A stretch of 64,000 nucleotides of DNA from Convolutriloba macropyga (GCF_964194025.1 NC_134471.1:19654001-19718000), one strand, 5' to 3'. Positions 13,185 through 24,949 are shown, numbered from the stretch's first letter. Translations and numbers: made by a program. The notes: a model not told the origin generated them from the letters alone.

Positions 13185-14649
13185 GAATTCTGCCCGTTTA
13201 CAATGAAGAAACTTATAATGACTGTAAATCTGATCAGACTTTCCATTCGCTACAGTCTTCAGTAATTGTCGCAGCTGTTCTTCAGTTCCCGGGAAAAAGA
13301 TGGGTGACGGTTAATGTCAAATTGAGTTTTGTTGCAAACTGCATTTTTTCGCTTTTTTAAAATCTACTTTGACCAGTCTTATCTTCATAACACATCCTAA
13401 AACCTAATTCATGTACATCATCATATCGTAAAACCTAACCTTCGTGTTAACAATTTTCCTTAATTGGAAATTTGAAAGATAGTGGAATTGCGAGTGTGAA
13501 GTTTATAAACTACTTTGATAAGTAGTTTATATACGTGTTCCAACATTTTCAAAGAGCTCTTTTTCTGCAGGCAGGTCAGGCTGTTTTTCTCCATTAGAAA
13601 TCATCTTTTTTGGAATGCTAAAGAGATGAGACTGACTGTAACTATAATAAAATGCCAAAAGAAAAACTTCGAATTGTTGAACATTCGTCCAACATTTAAA
13701 TGCAGGTGCATAGACGAAACATGAAAACAAGCGTTATTGCTTGCTATGATATGTTGGCCACATTTATAATATGTTGGCCACTATAATATGTTGGCGTCGG
13801 GAAATAATTTTTGTTCGGTAGATTCATGAGTAAATAAATTGACTTAAAAAAAATTAATTTGGTTTTTGTGTAGTTAGAAATAAAATCGAATTTTTTGTTT
13901 CAATCAAGTTGATTTCCCGTTGCTGTCATAATTTCCTCCTGGTTGCCTTGTCAGTAATTAATCAACGTTTTAGATTTTTGGAAGGTTTACCCCGGAATAG
14001 TTTAATAAAAAAATGTCTGAATTAACTTCTGTAAGATAATTGTGTGCTTCCGGATGATTAGAATTTTTTAATATATCGAACATGTGTGTTCGGTTTGTAT
14101 CCGGGAACGCGGTTTGTTTCTTGTTTGTAGGTGCTTAGAAGAATTTTCAGTTAAAAATTTGGGGACCTAAGATGGATATTCACTTCCTTATTGTAAAAAA
14201 TAGAAAGAGTAATTGACAAAAGTTTTCCTAATGGTCTGATTTGTGAACTGATTTGTACTAATAATGTCATCATATTTGCGTTATATCATTCAAATTTTCT
14301 ATTTTACAATCTCAAAGTGAGAGAAATTATTTATCCGAGAGGTATAATTTTCGATAAAAATTAATGATAAACAATTATTTTCATTTTTAGTCAGAGATAC
14401 GCTTGTCATTTTTTTAAGATACTTTAACTGTTAATGTTGCTCTAGGCAATGCACATAGTTTTTAATAGCTGTGACAGCGATGAGTTATTGGTCGTCTCTT
14501 GGTTTTCGTACAATCCAAATGTTTTGGATTGTATTGGTAGGCGACTTCACACAACTCGAAGTGGAGTATTATCAATCAGAACCCCTGTCTACCACCCCAT
14601 CTACCCCCTACATACCCCCCACCTACCCCCTTCAAACTACCCCCACTCC

Positions 14650-15829
14650 TCCCCCACCCCGACTACCTACACACCATAGGCGTCTATCTACCCCCTTCCT
14701 ACACCCCTTCCAATCTAACCCTTCAAATACCTATCCCCCACCTACACCTAGGTAACCTTGGTATTTTTAGTAGCAGCCGTCAGCTTCTCAAGGGTTATTA
14801 TTTAGGCGCTCTCCTTTTTTAAGTCCTTTTTTAAAGTACTTTTTGATCACGTTTTTTGTTTTACTTAAGTCACGATTTTCACGCTTGACTTCTGACTTTT
14901 TTCACTCTGTTTCAACTGAATGGATTTTAAATTCTTTCACGTATTGAATTTCGCAATTTGGTGAATACAGTCCAAGTCAAACGAGCAAATCATTAGAAAC
15001 GGGGTTAACCGATAAAGCCCGGTCATTAAATCATAGTGCATTACGTTATCAAAGTTCATTTGAGCAATTGCCAGCTGACATTATTGGTAAGCTTAATGGC
15101 TTTCAGTTTAAGTAGAGTTTTAGAATCTGACAAACTGCACACTGAATAAGAACACTTTTTGAGCTTTTTTAAAATTCATTTTTATCTCATCTCCTTTCTC
15201 TTTCAATCCCGATGTGCGTGCCCCCGTCATACCCCCCCCCCCCCCCCCCCCGACTACCTACCCCCCATGAACGTCTATCTACCCCCTTCGTACACCCCTA
15301 CAACCTACAACACACCCTTCAAATACCTATCCCTCACCTACAACTAGCCATCCTTGGTATTTTTAGTAGCCAGCGTCAGCCTCTCAACGGCTGTTATTTA
15401 GGCGCTCTCCTTTTTTTAATTCGCTTTAGCTTTTGATCGCGTTTTTCGTAAGTCACGATTTTCGCGCTTGACTTCTGGCTTGCTTCACTCACGGTTTCAA
15501 CTGAATGGATTTTAACTTCTTTCACGTTTTGAATTACGCAATTTGTCGAATACAACAGTCAAAGTCAAAAGAGCAAATCAATAGAAACTGGATTAACCGA
15601 TAAAGCCCGGTCATTAAGTCATAGTGCATTACTTTATCAAAGTTCATTAGAGCAATTGCTATCTGACATTATTAGTAAGCTTAATTGCTTTCAGTTCGAA
15701 GACTAAATAAGTATAGTTTTAGAATCTAACTGAAACTGCACACCGAATAAGAAGTCTTTAAAGCTGAAAAAAGTATGTCGATTTTTTTTCTCTCCTTTTT
15801 TCTGTTTTTCTCTTAATCCCGATGTGCGT
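14650..15829 (+). repeat. Two-copy tandem duplication, ~590-bp unit (C-rich flank plus HINE family B body)
   Basis: 14650-15219 aligns with 15240-15829 (cgactaccta...ttcaaatacctatcc...ggtatttttagtagc...aatcccgatgtgcgt). Confidence 0.85.
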
Positions 15830-15870
15830 CAACGGCGGCTATTTTCCGGCAATCTGCCGGCTATGTTTTG
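15365..15870 (+). mobile_element. HINE family B copy
   Basis: 5' tttagtagcc..; 3' cggcggctat followed by perfect hairpin CCGGCA-atc-TGCCGG and ctatgtttt. Confidence 0.6.
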
Positions 15871-16139
15871 ATTTTACTGAAATGGGTAATGTTAGTTAAG
15901 AGTTTTGCGCGATAAGCAGGTAAAGAGCGGGGCATGAAGTTCTCTTAAAGCCTTGCAGATCACTAGTCTCTAAGTATGCGATTCATCGAAACTCTCTAAG
16001 AGACATGAATTCTTGGTGTTTGTCTTATTAACACCCCCCCCCCCCCCACCTCCTCCACGGTCACGTGACTTACCTCGCTCTAAAAGATGAGTACCTCTCT
16101 CTCAAGGAGACTTTGTGCTCACTTCAATTGATGGAGAAG

Positions 16140-16325
16140 TCGCCCGAGTGTACGTTAACTCTAATTGAAGGTTTTTCCATTGCTGCTAATAGAAATCTTT
16201 TCAAATCATACCATTTCATCAAAAAGTAGAAACTGAAGTTTTTCTGTCTTTTTTATTATCTTTTTGATACTGTGGATCTACGAAAGCCCGCAAAGCTATT
16301 TTCTGGCAATCTGTCATCTATGTAT
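16140..16325 (+). mobile_element. 3' part of a HINE family B copy
   Basis: Aligns to 23895-24080 (actctaattgaaggtt...tatctttttga.actg..gatctacgaa...gctatt..ctggcaatctg...ctatgt). Confidence 0.55.
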
Positions 16326-16422
16326 CTATTGCGCACTTGTATCTCTGCACATTGCGTTGTACATGTGTTCCGTTTAATGAAATAGCATATAGCGATGTAT
16401 GGATTGAGCTTACAGATTGACT

Positions 16423-17028
16423 ATGAGTACTGTTGCATATGACTTACAGATTCAGTTTCAGCCCTCAATTTTTGATGACTTCCCTCTTGACTGTAAGTTG
16501 AGCTCCTCTTCTGTCTGTAAGGAGTACCAAATTATTGATTATGTTAACTCGATAATCGTAGGTATTATTTCTCTTAATCCAACACTAGTTGCACCTGCTG
16601 ATGAATTCGAAAATTTCAAACAAAATATTAAACATTTTTGTGCACCTACTATTGCAATGAAAGCTCCGATCAAAAGACAAAGTGTGCCGAGAGCTCCTAA
16701 AGCGTTGCAACCACCTTCTAAACAAATTCAATCCATTCCGATGAACCCCAATGCTCCCAAAATTGACGTGACCTCTATGATGTCAATAACTCAAAATATG
16801 AGTACTAACGAGAGAAGTTATAAATGTTCATTTTGCGGACAAGACACGGTTCTGTTGTCTTCTATGAAGCGACATATTGAGACAAAACACTTGCCGAGTA
16901 CAGCCTCTTTTGCGTGTCAGAATTGTGATTACACGACTAAGTTGAGATACGTATTAAAGAATCATTACATTGGAAAACATGGAATGCCAGAATTAGCTGC
17001 TCGAGGCATGATGGCTTATTACAGTTGA
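16423..17028 (+). CDS. Two-finger C2H2 zinc-finger protein, paralog 2 (201 aa)
   Basis: Intact ORF from ATG 16423. Fingers CSFC...HIETKH and CQNC...HYIGKH. Acceptor ttacag ends at 16415. Confidence 0.85.
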   Translation: MSTVAYDLQIQFQPSIFDDFPLDCKLSSSSVCKEYQIIDYVNSIIVGIISLNPTLVAPADEFENFKQNIKHFCAPTIAMKAPIKRQSVPRAPKALQPPSKQIQSIPMNPNAPKIDVTSMMSITQNMSTNERSYKCSFCGQDTVLLSSMKRHIETKHLPSTASFACQNCDYTTKLRYVLKNHYIGKHGMPELAARGMMAYYS

Positions 17029-18904
17029 GTTTATAATTTAGACTGCCATGAATACTAGTTTGTAAAGTGCTTATTTACCTGCAATTTAGAAATTAAATGA
17101 GCTACTACTTTGTAACTGTTAGTGCAAAACTGGGGAAAGTTCGTACCAAAATTAGTAAAGTGACTAAAGTGTGGATTTATTTTTACACTGTATCGAGCGT
17201 GGATGTAGATGTAATGTGTATTCTGAAATTGACTGAAAGTCTGGATCGAATTCCGTTTGTTATAATCTCATGGTTGACGGGAAGTAATTTGCTCTGGAGA
17301 TAAATCTGGAGTTGATTTTTTGCAACATTCGTTTTATTGATGCGAGTTTTTGACAATCAACGAAGAGAACGCTCTTGGCAGGACAGCACGTTTATTGAAA
17401 TCGGTTAAAATATGTTGACAGTTACCAATTGTTGCTCAAAGAAAACGTATGCGTACTCAAAAAGAACCACAAAAGGTGGCGATCCAAAACCCGGTAATTA
17501 GGAAGCAAATTTTTCTTTTCACTGGCGTGAATTTCAGTTGGCAAAGACCACTGTATGGTGTTCCTGAAAATCGAACGATGTTCAGTAAAAAAAACTTGAT
17601 GTCTTGTAAGAAATTTAGAATTTTCAAAAAATCTAATTAAGAATATATAATTTTCAGTAAATTAATTATCACAAAAAATGGTTTTGAAGCTAGCACCTGT
17701 TGATGTTCAAAGATTTTAGTTCAATACAAAACTATTTAAAGCAGGAATTGTGGTTTTACTCATTGTGGTGAAACTTTATTTTTTGTCTCTGCTTGCTTGC
17801 TTGTAACATTTTTTTCGAATTCACTTCAAATCTTCTTGACTGTCAATTTTTTTCTGATAATGCCAATTGAAGCCACTGGCCAATTCACGTGCTAGCACCC
17901 ACTGGCTTCTACATTCTCCTCCCCCTTGTCCTATACGGTTAGAACGCACTTTTGTAGTTTGGAAGCTAGCACCTGTTGATATTCGAATATCAAATCTGGA
18001 AGATTGAAAATATTGATCGCTTTGGTAGTTTTTGCTTACTGTTGCTTCTCATACAATCAGTGCAGTATCCAGTTTTTGTTGCATATGCTGAAAGCTTTTG
18101 AATCTAAAGACAATTCTGTTTTCAGCATTCGCTTTTGTTTGAGTTTTTTTCTTTGATTTTCAGAAATCTGTCTGGGCTCTTATAGATAAAAAAAGGAGTT
18201 AAGACTTATTAATTACTTTTGGAGGCTGGTTTTGAAAATATTGAAGCCGAAAAATATGGAAGCTTCTGCTGCCTAGTCTTTTAAAATTTTTATGTCAAAA
18301 TTTTTCTCTCACTGGTGTTTGTAAGGCTCTTGGAAATCGAAAAACTTATACTTCTTGCTGATTTTTTTAAACTCGGACAGTATATGTGTTCCTGTCTCAA
18401 TATAAGCTTTTCTTAATCTTGGTATTGTTTGATAATTTTCTTTATTTTTAATTATTTCTGTATTTTTGATCATGTATACCAAAATAATCGATTGGATTTT
18501 GCGTCGGAGTGAAGAAAGGTCTTTTTTGAAGAACTTTGAACAGAAAAATGGAAGTTATTTCTGTGTTAGTGACCAATTGTATGAAAAATTCTCTTAGTTG
18601 CCTATTTGGTTCCTATTGATAAAAGAGGTTTCTCTCCGTAGGACTTGTTACTTTTGGTTGCATAAGGTATTCATAGCTAAGAGAGTTTTTTCTGCTGTCA
18701 AGATCTTTTTAGGTTTCTTTTATTGGCTTCCAGTGATGTGAGCCCGTTCTTTTTAAGTTGCAGGCTTCTTCAGATTTATGCACCAGCTATTGGTTTTATA
18801 AAGTAGCGATAAGAAATTATTTCAACAATCATTTTGGCTCTATCTTTTCGTTTTTTCTGGCGATGGTCCAGTTGTCTTCGAGAATTTTGTATGAAATCTT
18901 TTTA

Positions 18905-19317
18905 ACTTCTCTGGGCTAGTTTTATTCTTCGCTCATTCTGCTCAAAGTGTTCCGTAACATTATAAAACATTAGTTGCTCAGCAAAGCAATTTGAAGTGAA
19001 CAGAATCAGTATCAAAAAACGAAATAGAGATTAGAAACCGGGATCAACCCTTAAAAGCCCATTTTTAGATGCCCGCTACTTGAACTTTGTTCTTAGAAAT
19101 CTTAGTTACCATCTCCAGTGCTTATTGGTTTTGATACTTGCCCTTGTATCCTCTCGACACGAAGCAGGAGTATGTCCAATGAAATCAAAACAGTTCGCAC
19201 TTTAAAAATGGTTTTGTGCATCAATCAATTTTTTTCCATTTCTTTTCTTTGTCAATGCTAATCGGGGTAATGGGACTTAAGGGAGGCCATTTTCCGGCAA
19301 TCTACCGGGTATGTTTG
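18905..19317 (+). mobile_element. Repeat ending in a HINE family B-type hairpin
   Basis: Body similar to 1925-2175. Ends ggccattttccggcaatctaccgggtatgttt. Confidence 0.5.
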
Positions 19318-19431
19318 AAATAATGTTACCAGACGCCGGTGTCCATGCTATGAAAATGGAGTATACCAAGTAACGTTAGAAACGTCGCTTACGTTTTCTC
19401 ACGTTAAATTAGATTAAGCTTGTAGGTGAAA

Positions 19432-20025
19432 ATGTTCAATGCATACGAGTTTCAACTCCAAATGTTATCTGATTTTGTTAACGACTTGTCTTCAACCAAT
19501 GACCTGGCCTCTGAATCTAGGCAGTATACAATTCTTGATCATCAAACAGAGGTCATCGGAAAAATTTCTATAACCCCGAAACAAATAGAAACAAATACTA
19601 ATGCTTTTGAGAATTTCAAACCAAATTTGAAGCGTTCTATCGGTCAAGCTGTCGCTCAGCCTCCTGTCAAAAAACAAAGTGCTCCGAAAGTTCCGAAAGT
19701 CTCACAACAACCAACGAAGCCAGTTCAAGCTATGCCGGTAAATTCAAATGCTCCGAAAATTGACGTGACCTCAATGATGTCAGTAACCCAAAACATGAGC
19801 ACTCAGGAGAAAAGCTACAGATGCTCATTTTGCGGATCAGAAAGCTCCCATTTGACATCGATGAAGCGCCACATTGAGACGAAACACTTGCCTAGTACAA
19901 CTTCATTTGACTGTCGAAACTGTGAGTACAAAACAAAACTCAAGTTTATGCTGAAGAGACATTACATGAATAAACATGCAATGCCAGAACCAGCAGCGCA
20001 AGGAATGATGACTTGCTATAACTGA
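19432..20025 (+). CDS. Two-finger C2H2 zinc-finger protein, paralog 3 (197 aa)
   Basis: Intact ORF from ATG 19432. Fingers CSFC...HIETKH and CRNC...HYMNKH. Acceptor ttgtag ends at 19425. Confidence 0.85.
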   Translation: MFNAYEFQLQMLSDFVNDLSSTNDLASESRQYTILDHQTEVIGKISITPKQIETNTNAFENFKPNLKRSIGQAVAQPPVKKQSAPKVPKVSQQPTKPVQAMPVNSNAPKIDVTSMMSVTQNMSTQEKSYRCSFCGSESSHLTSMKRHIETKHLPSTTSFDCRNCEYKTKLKFMLKRHYMNKHAMPEPAAQGMMTCYN

Positions 20026-21049
20026 AGCAAAAAGGAACTTTGAAAAATTTAAACTTGAGATTGAAACTGATCGGAAGTTTTAGTTTAAATTTATTTGAAT
20101 GTAATCAGTTTGATCTACTTTTGTGTGTAAGTAGACAGTTCTTGCGTCAAGCGAGTTTTTGAAAGTTTTATCCATTTTAGACTAGATTACTAAAACTTTT
20201 TGTTTACCATCTTAGGTATGAAGCTAATTTTAACTGAGTGTGAGACTTCCAAAAATTGTTAAGTTCTGATCAAACCCTAAAGCAAGCCGAGCAGCTTATT
20301 AAAAAGACTTGCGAGGAGGGTTAGTTTTGTGTTTTTAATACGTTACCTTCTGAGACAGTAAAGAAAACGGATCGCACGTGGAACTTCGGTTGTGTATTGT
20401 ATCCAATAGTGTTCTCGCCTTTTTATTCCTTTGGTATCTTATACAAAACAATAAATTGATTTAAGTTAAAGGGAAACAATTTATTATAAATGAAGTTTTT
20501 TTCAGGGATATATTTTTTGAAGATCGGCATTTTTGGTCGGCAATATTTTATTGTTTCAAATTTTTTTAGTGGTTAAGAATTAAATTGCTTTGTAAAAAGG
20601 AAAAAGTTGTCGCCTGGACATGATTTGTCATTCTGAAGTTTGCCATTGCTCTCTTGTCTTGGAAATTTGTCAACTTTTGTACGAGGTGTCCATTGATTTT
20701 AGTTTTGACAAGCATATCACTGGTAAAAGCTTCAGAAACTATCGTATTGTGTCTAATATTTATAAACTGAAGGCATTCCTATCATTTAACTTTTCCTCTA
20801 GTTTCGTTTGCAGCACTTCTTCACTGTTCCCGTCTTGTTGCGTTTTTCTGGTGCTTTAATATTAACGAGGCTTTTCTTTTTGATGTTTCTTTGAAGGTGG
20901 AAATGCTATTTTTAGTAGATTGAAATGGCTCATTTCGGCATCATTTTTGCGGTCTTTTTGGTTAAAAATGCGCTAACCACAGTTGCAAATTTTTCAATGC
21001 AGAAAATTTAAAATACTTCAAAATCCCGTTGAAAATAACATCAACAAAA

Positions 21050-24000
21050 GCAACTTTAATAGGTAGTGTAGGCAAGAGCAAAGGAAGAAATAAATAAATC
21101 AAATGTAACTATGAAAACTTAAAATATTTCAATGGTGCCTTGCCGTACGACGCCTTATTCGAGTTTTGTTTAAATAATTGAAAGGAAACATATGAAAATG
21201 CTTCTTAAAAGCTAATGGACTTGCATCCATTTCCATTATGTTTTTAAAAAAGCTTACATTAAGAAATTTTTTATGGGGGATTGAGCCGATATTCAGGGTA
21301 GCGTTTTCTAGTGCAGATGAGTTTTATTTGTGATTGACGCAGTATTTTTTGGTTCGCTGGCTGTAGCGCAGATATGATGTTGGTAAGGGTATTTTTCGAA
21401 AATTGGGAGCTAGTTTCATAAAATAATTTAGTGCTTTGCATTCCAAGAAAAACTTTATTGGTAGAATTCTATGTTTAAGTTTCTGATCAGAAGAACTGTC
21501 GTATTTTTTGTGATTGTAGCACGTCTTCACAGCCCAGCTTAATTGTTTTTCCAAAATATTGATGCAGCTCTTTCTCAAACTGTCTAGTAAATGACCGTAA
21601 TTGACTAATCACTAAGGCGTTCAGAACTAGTAATCTTGTCTGCTCAGGGAACGGGTAAAGAACGGGTATGTTCTAATGTTTTTATTCTTGCCGCTATTTT
21701 GCGCAATATGCGTTTAAGTTGTTCTTTAAAACTTAAGGTGTAATCAAGATATACACCAAGGTATTTTACGCAATTGACATTTGGTATTTTATAACCAATC
21801 AAAAAATTGTTTCTTTTCGTCTCTTCTAGTATGAATTGTTTGAGCATGTAATAAATTCAGTCTTTGAGTGATTGAGCAGCATTCGACTGTGCGTTTAATA
21901 ATTTTCAGATATCTTTTTTAGGGATTGTTCAAGATTTTGTGTTGCTACTTTTAGGTCAGTTTTGTGTGTAAGAATGAGTATCATCGGCGTGTTGATTTTT
22001 TTTTGCAGTAGAAGGTATTTGTTGGTCCAAGTCGTTAATATAAAGGTTGAAAAAAAGGACACAAAATTGTCCCCTATTTGACACCTTGATATAGTTCAAT
22101 CCAATCAGATTTGACATGATTCACTGGTTTTTTGTAGCCTGTGTGATAGATAACTATTGATTAGGTTTACTGCTTTTCGAGAAAATCCTAAATCATGCAG
22201 TTTATGGAGAATAATCTTATAGATCTGTCAAAGTTGAAGTGATAAGTTTCTGTTATATGTGCTACCTTATAGTTTCAATACAGTAAACGAGCGCGTCATT
22301 CGTTGAGACTTTGGTACGAAAACCAAATTGTTTATGGGGAAGCAATACAAACTTTTCAAGATATTTTAAGGTTTGATGTTGAAGCAAACGCTCAAAAAAT
22401 TTTGCGAGTGAGCTTTGATCGATATTGGTCTGTAATTTTCAGGCAAAGAGTTTTCTCTTTTTTAAAAAAATTTGGAACAATTTGATTTTTTGAGATCATC
22501 AGGAAATTTTCTTTCAGCTTAGAACTGGTTAAATGCAACTCAATTTGCTCAGCGAAAAAGAAAAAACATCTTTAAGAGCCCATGATGGGATACATATGGA
22601 CCTGACGGTTTATTTGAGTTTATTTTTTTCAGACTCATTAAAATTTCTTTCGTAGTTACGAATCTAAAATCAGAATTGTTTTTAGATGTTCTATGAATAG
22701 TGGGGAAAATGTTGCAAGCACTTCCAAGGCAATAACTTAATTTAGAAAATTTTTAAATGGGAAACTGGGCCAATTTGTACTTGTCAGTAATAACACCAAA
22801 ACAGTTTTGATGCAGAAGATATTGTGGGAGAACTTGGTTGAGTTTCTTGACTTGTTTATAATATTCCATTTTTCACTCAGCTTTTTAGAGGTGCTCTTTA
22901 AAAATTCGTTGCTCTCTATTTTAGTTAAGGTTTTTTCCGTCCGTATGGAAACCATTTTTATATGGGCATGATTGAGTGAAAATCTTCTTATAGATACGAT
23001 ACATGTCTTCAGCATCAGGTTGTGTGTACGGTACATCCCAATCAATTTGTTTCAGGTCTTGTATAAATTTTTACAGCATTTTGAATTATCAAAAAGAATT
23101 TATCTTCTTTGAGGCCGCTTCTTATGATTATATTCGTTATCCTTGCAATAGCTTTGTGATCCGATGTAATAGGCGATTCAAATGAAAAGACTTGGGAATG
23201 TGTCAGCTCATCATCTTTGATTATAAAATCAATTAGATCCCGCCACCCTGTAAGCCTTTTGTTGACAATGGATATACCATATGGTACGAGAATTGTGTCA
23301 ATTTTGTTTCTTTCATTAAGATTGAAATAGTTTGTATTGAAATCGCCATGTAGCAAAATTTTTTGCTTTGTTCCATAATCTAATTGCAATGCTAACTCTT
23401 TGAGAAATGTTGCTGTTTTAGGTTTTTCAGTCTTATACAAGATATTCACAAGCAGTGGAGGAATTTTTTGTAGGGTAGAGTTAGCTCAAAGAGTTTCGAA
23501 GTCTTTGCTCGTTTTTGGAAAGTAATAACGGTTTTTTTGGATTGATAATTTTGGGGATTAATAGAATTACCCCACCCCCTTGACTTTTTGATAGCCGCAC
23601 AGCGATAGCTGGCGCAATTATTGGCCTTCTCTTGATTTCTTGTTTCGTCAAGATTTTTGTTACCTGCATATGACGTCACTACCACGTCAAATCTGCTTTT
23701 GCATTCGTTGTTGCAATTTCAGCTGAGTTGCGTGTTTGACTACATTTTTCACTCTTAGTGGAGCGAGTTTTTTGCTCGAGTGATAAAATTATTGGTCACA
23801 CTTCTCTTACCTCACTCTCAAAAATGACTTCCTTACTCTTCAATTGACTTTTCTTGAGTTTTATTCAAAGAGATACGGTCAATTGGGTCTGTGTCACTCT
23901 AATTGAAGGTTATTTGAGAGCATCTAATTGAAGCAGCAATAAGTTATACAGATTCAATTTCAAAAAATATTATCTTCGAACTTAATATCAACTTTTTTTC

Positions 24001-24260
24001 GTCTGTTTTTACTATCTTTTTGAGACTGAAGATCTACGAAGCTATTGCGGCTATTTGCTGGCAATCTGCCAGCTATGTTCATACATTCGGTCACTTTTGA
24101 AGCCAGAATAATATTTGCTATCTTTATAAAATAGAATATCATCTTCGTTGGTAAACCATGTTTCCGTAAAGCCAAATACAGTATTGTTTGAGCATTCTCT
24201 AATCATTTTTTTCAGTTGTTCTTTTATTGACTAAACTCCGGCAATTTAATTGAAAGAAGC
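21050..24260 (-). mobile_element. Decayed non-LTR retrotransposon (CR1/L2/Daphne-like LINE ORF2, APE endonuclease plus RT)
   Basis: Minus-strand motifs in order: LNCRSLVNK (~24240), GFTETW (~24160), GGGVIL (~23570), GDFN, SPITSDHKAI, GV..G (~22075), HADDT (~21980), YLGVYLD. Many stops and frameshifts; interrupted by the HINE at 23590-24080. Confidence 0.85.
23590..24080 (+). mobile_element. HINE family B copy inserted into the LINE endonuclease
   Basis: 5' subTIR atagccgca after a T-run; 3' inverted tgcggctat followed by hairpin gctggca-atc-tgccagc and tatgtt. The LINE frame (..KSDRMY / KKSRG..) resumes on both sides. Confidence 0.7.
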
Positions 24261-24621
24261 ATAATTGCAATGCCGAACGTTAAATCATAATTCACTTGCA
24301 CAATGCGTGGTTTAAATTGGTGAAGCCAATATGGATAGTCATTTAAATTTTTGGCTAATATCGCGAAATGGTACGCTGTTCCTGGTTATTATGCGAGTGC
24401 AGCTTCATAATTTCAGCGTCTTCTAAATACTGTTTTTTTAAACTTATGAACAAGGGTAGCAATATTTGGTGGTAGTTCTGCAAGCTATCAAAGTTAAAAT
24501 ACGTTATTAGTGGACAACTGAAGTATTTGGTGGAAACTATAAGAATTCTCAGAAAAGGACATTTGAGAGCATTTTGGGACATTGTTGAGGACACGGTTTT
24601 TACCAACCATACAAAGTTGGC

Positions 24622-24949
24622 GGTGTCAGGACAATTTACCCAATTCCATTTTACCCAACCTGCCATTTTACCCAATGTCAACTTACCCAATTTACCCTAT
24701 TGCTAAATTAACCAGAACAACTATTTAGCCGACTATAAAATAAATGGCCCGTGGGACTTGATATGAAACTATCACAACCGAACTTGGGATTGGATTATAT
24801 TGTCCACAAATATTTAAAATCATCCGTGTAATAGCGACTGCTAATTTGTAATCGGATAATTGAACGAAAAGATCAAAGAGCATTGGGTAAGTTGGTGTTG
24901 GATAAAATGGCGTAGAGTAAAATGGCATTGGGTGAATTGTCATGTAACC
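24622..24949. mobile_element. Mutator-like MITE (328 bp)
   Basis: Perfect 9-bp TSD aaagttggc at 24613-24621 and 24950-24958. TIRs ggtgtcaggacaatttaccc / gggtgaattgtcatgtaacc. Subterminal ttacccaa repeats mirrored at both ends. Confidence 0.85.

Noticed and set aside
12793-13265. Pro/His- or Gly-rich ORFs
   Set aside because: They are translations of C/CA simple repeats inside a HINE. The same applies to 14449-14755, 15159-15436, 31595-31939 and 41671-41892.
11447-20025. Zinc-finger ORFs as alternative coding terminal exons of a lola/mod(mdg4)-type BTB gene
   Set aside because: Acceptor phase is not conserved (7, 7 and 6 nt to the ATG), each ORF has its own ATG right after the acceptor, and there is no BTB exon in the window.
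24616-24624. TTGGCGG as an E2F autoregulatory site
   Set aside because: A short motif created at the TSD/MITE junction; not the full consensus and expected by chance.
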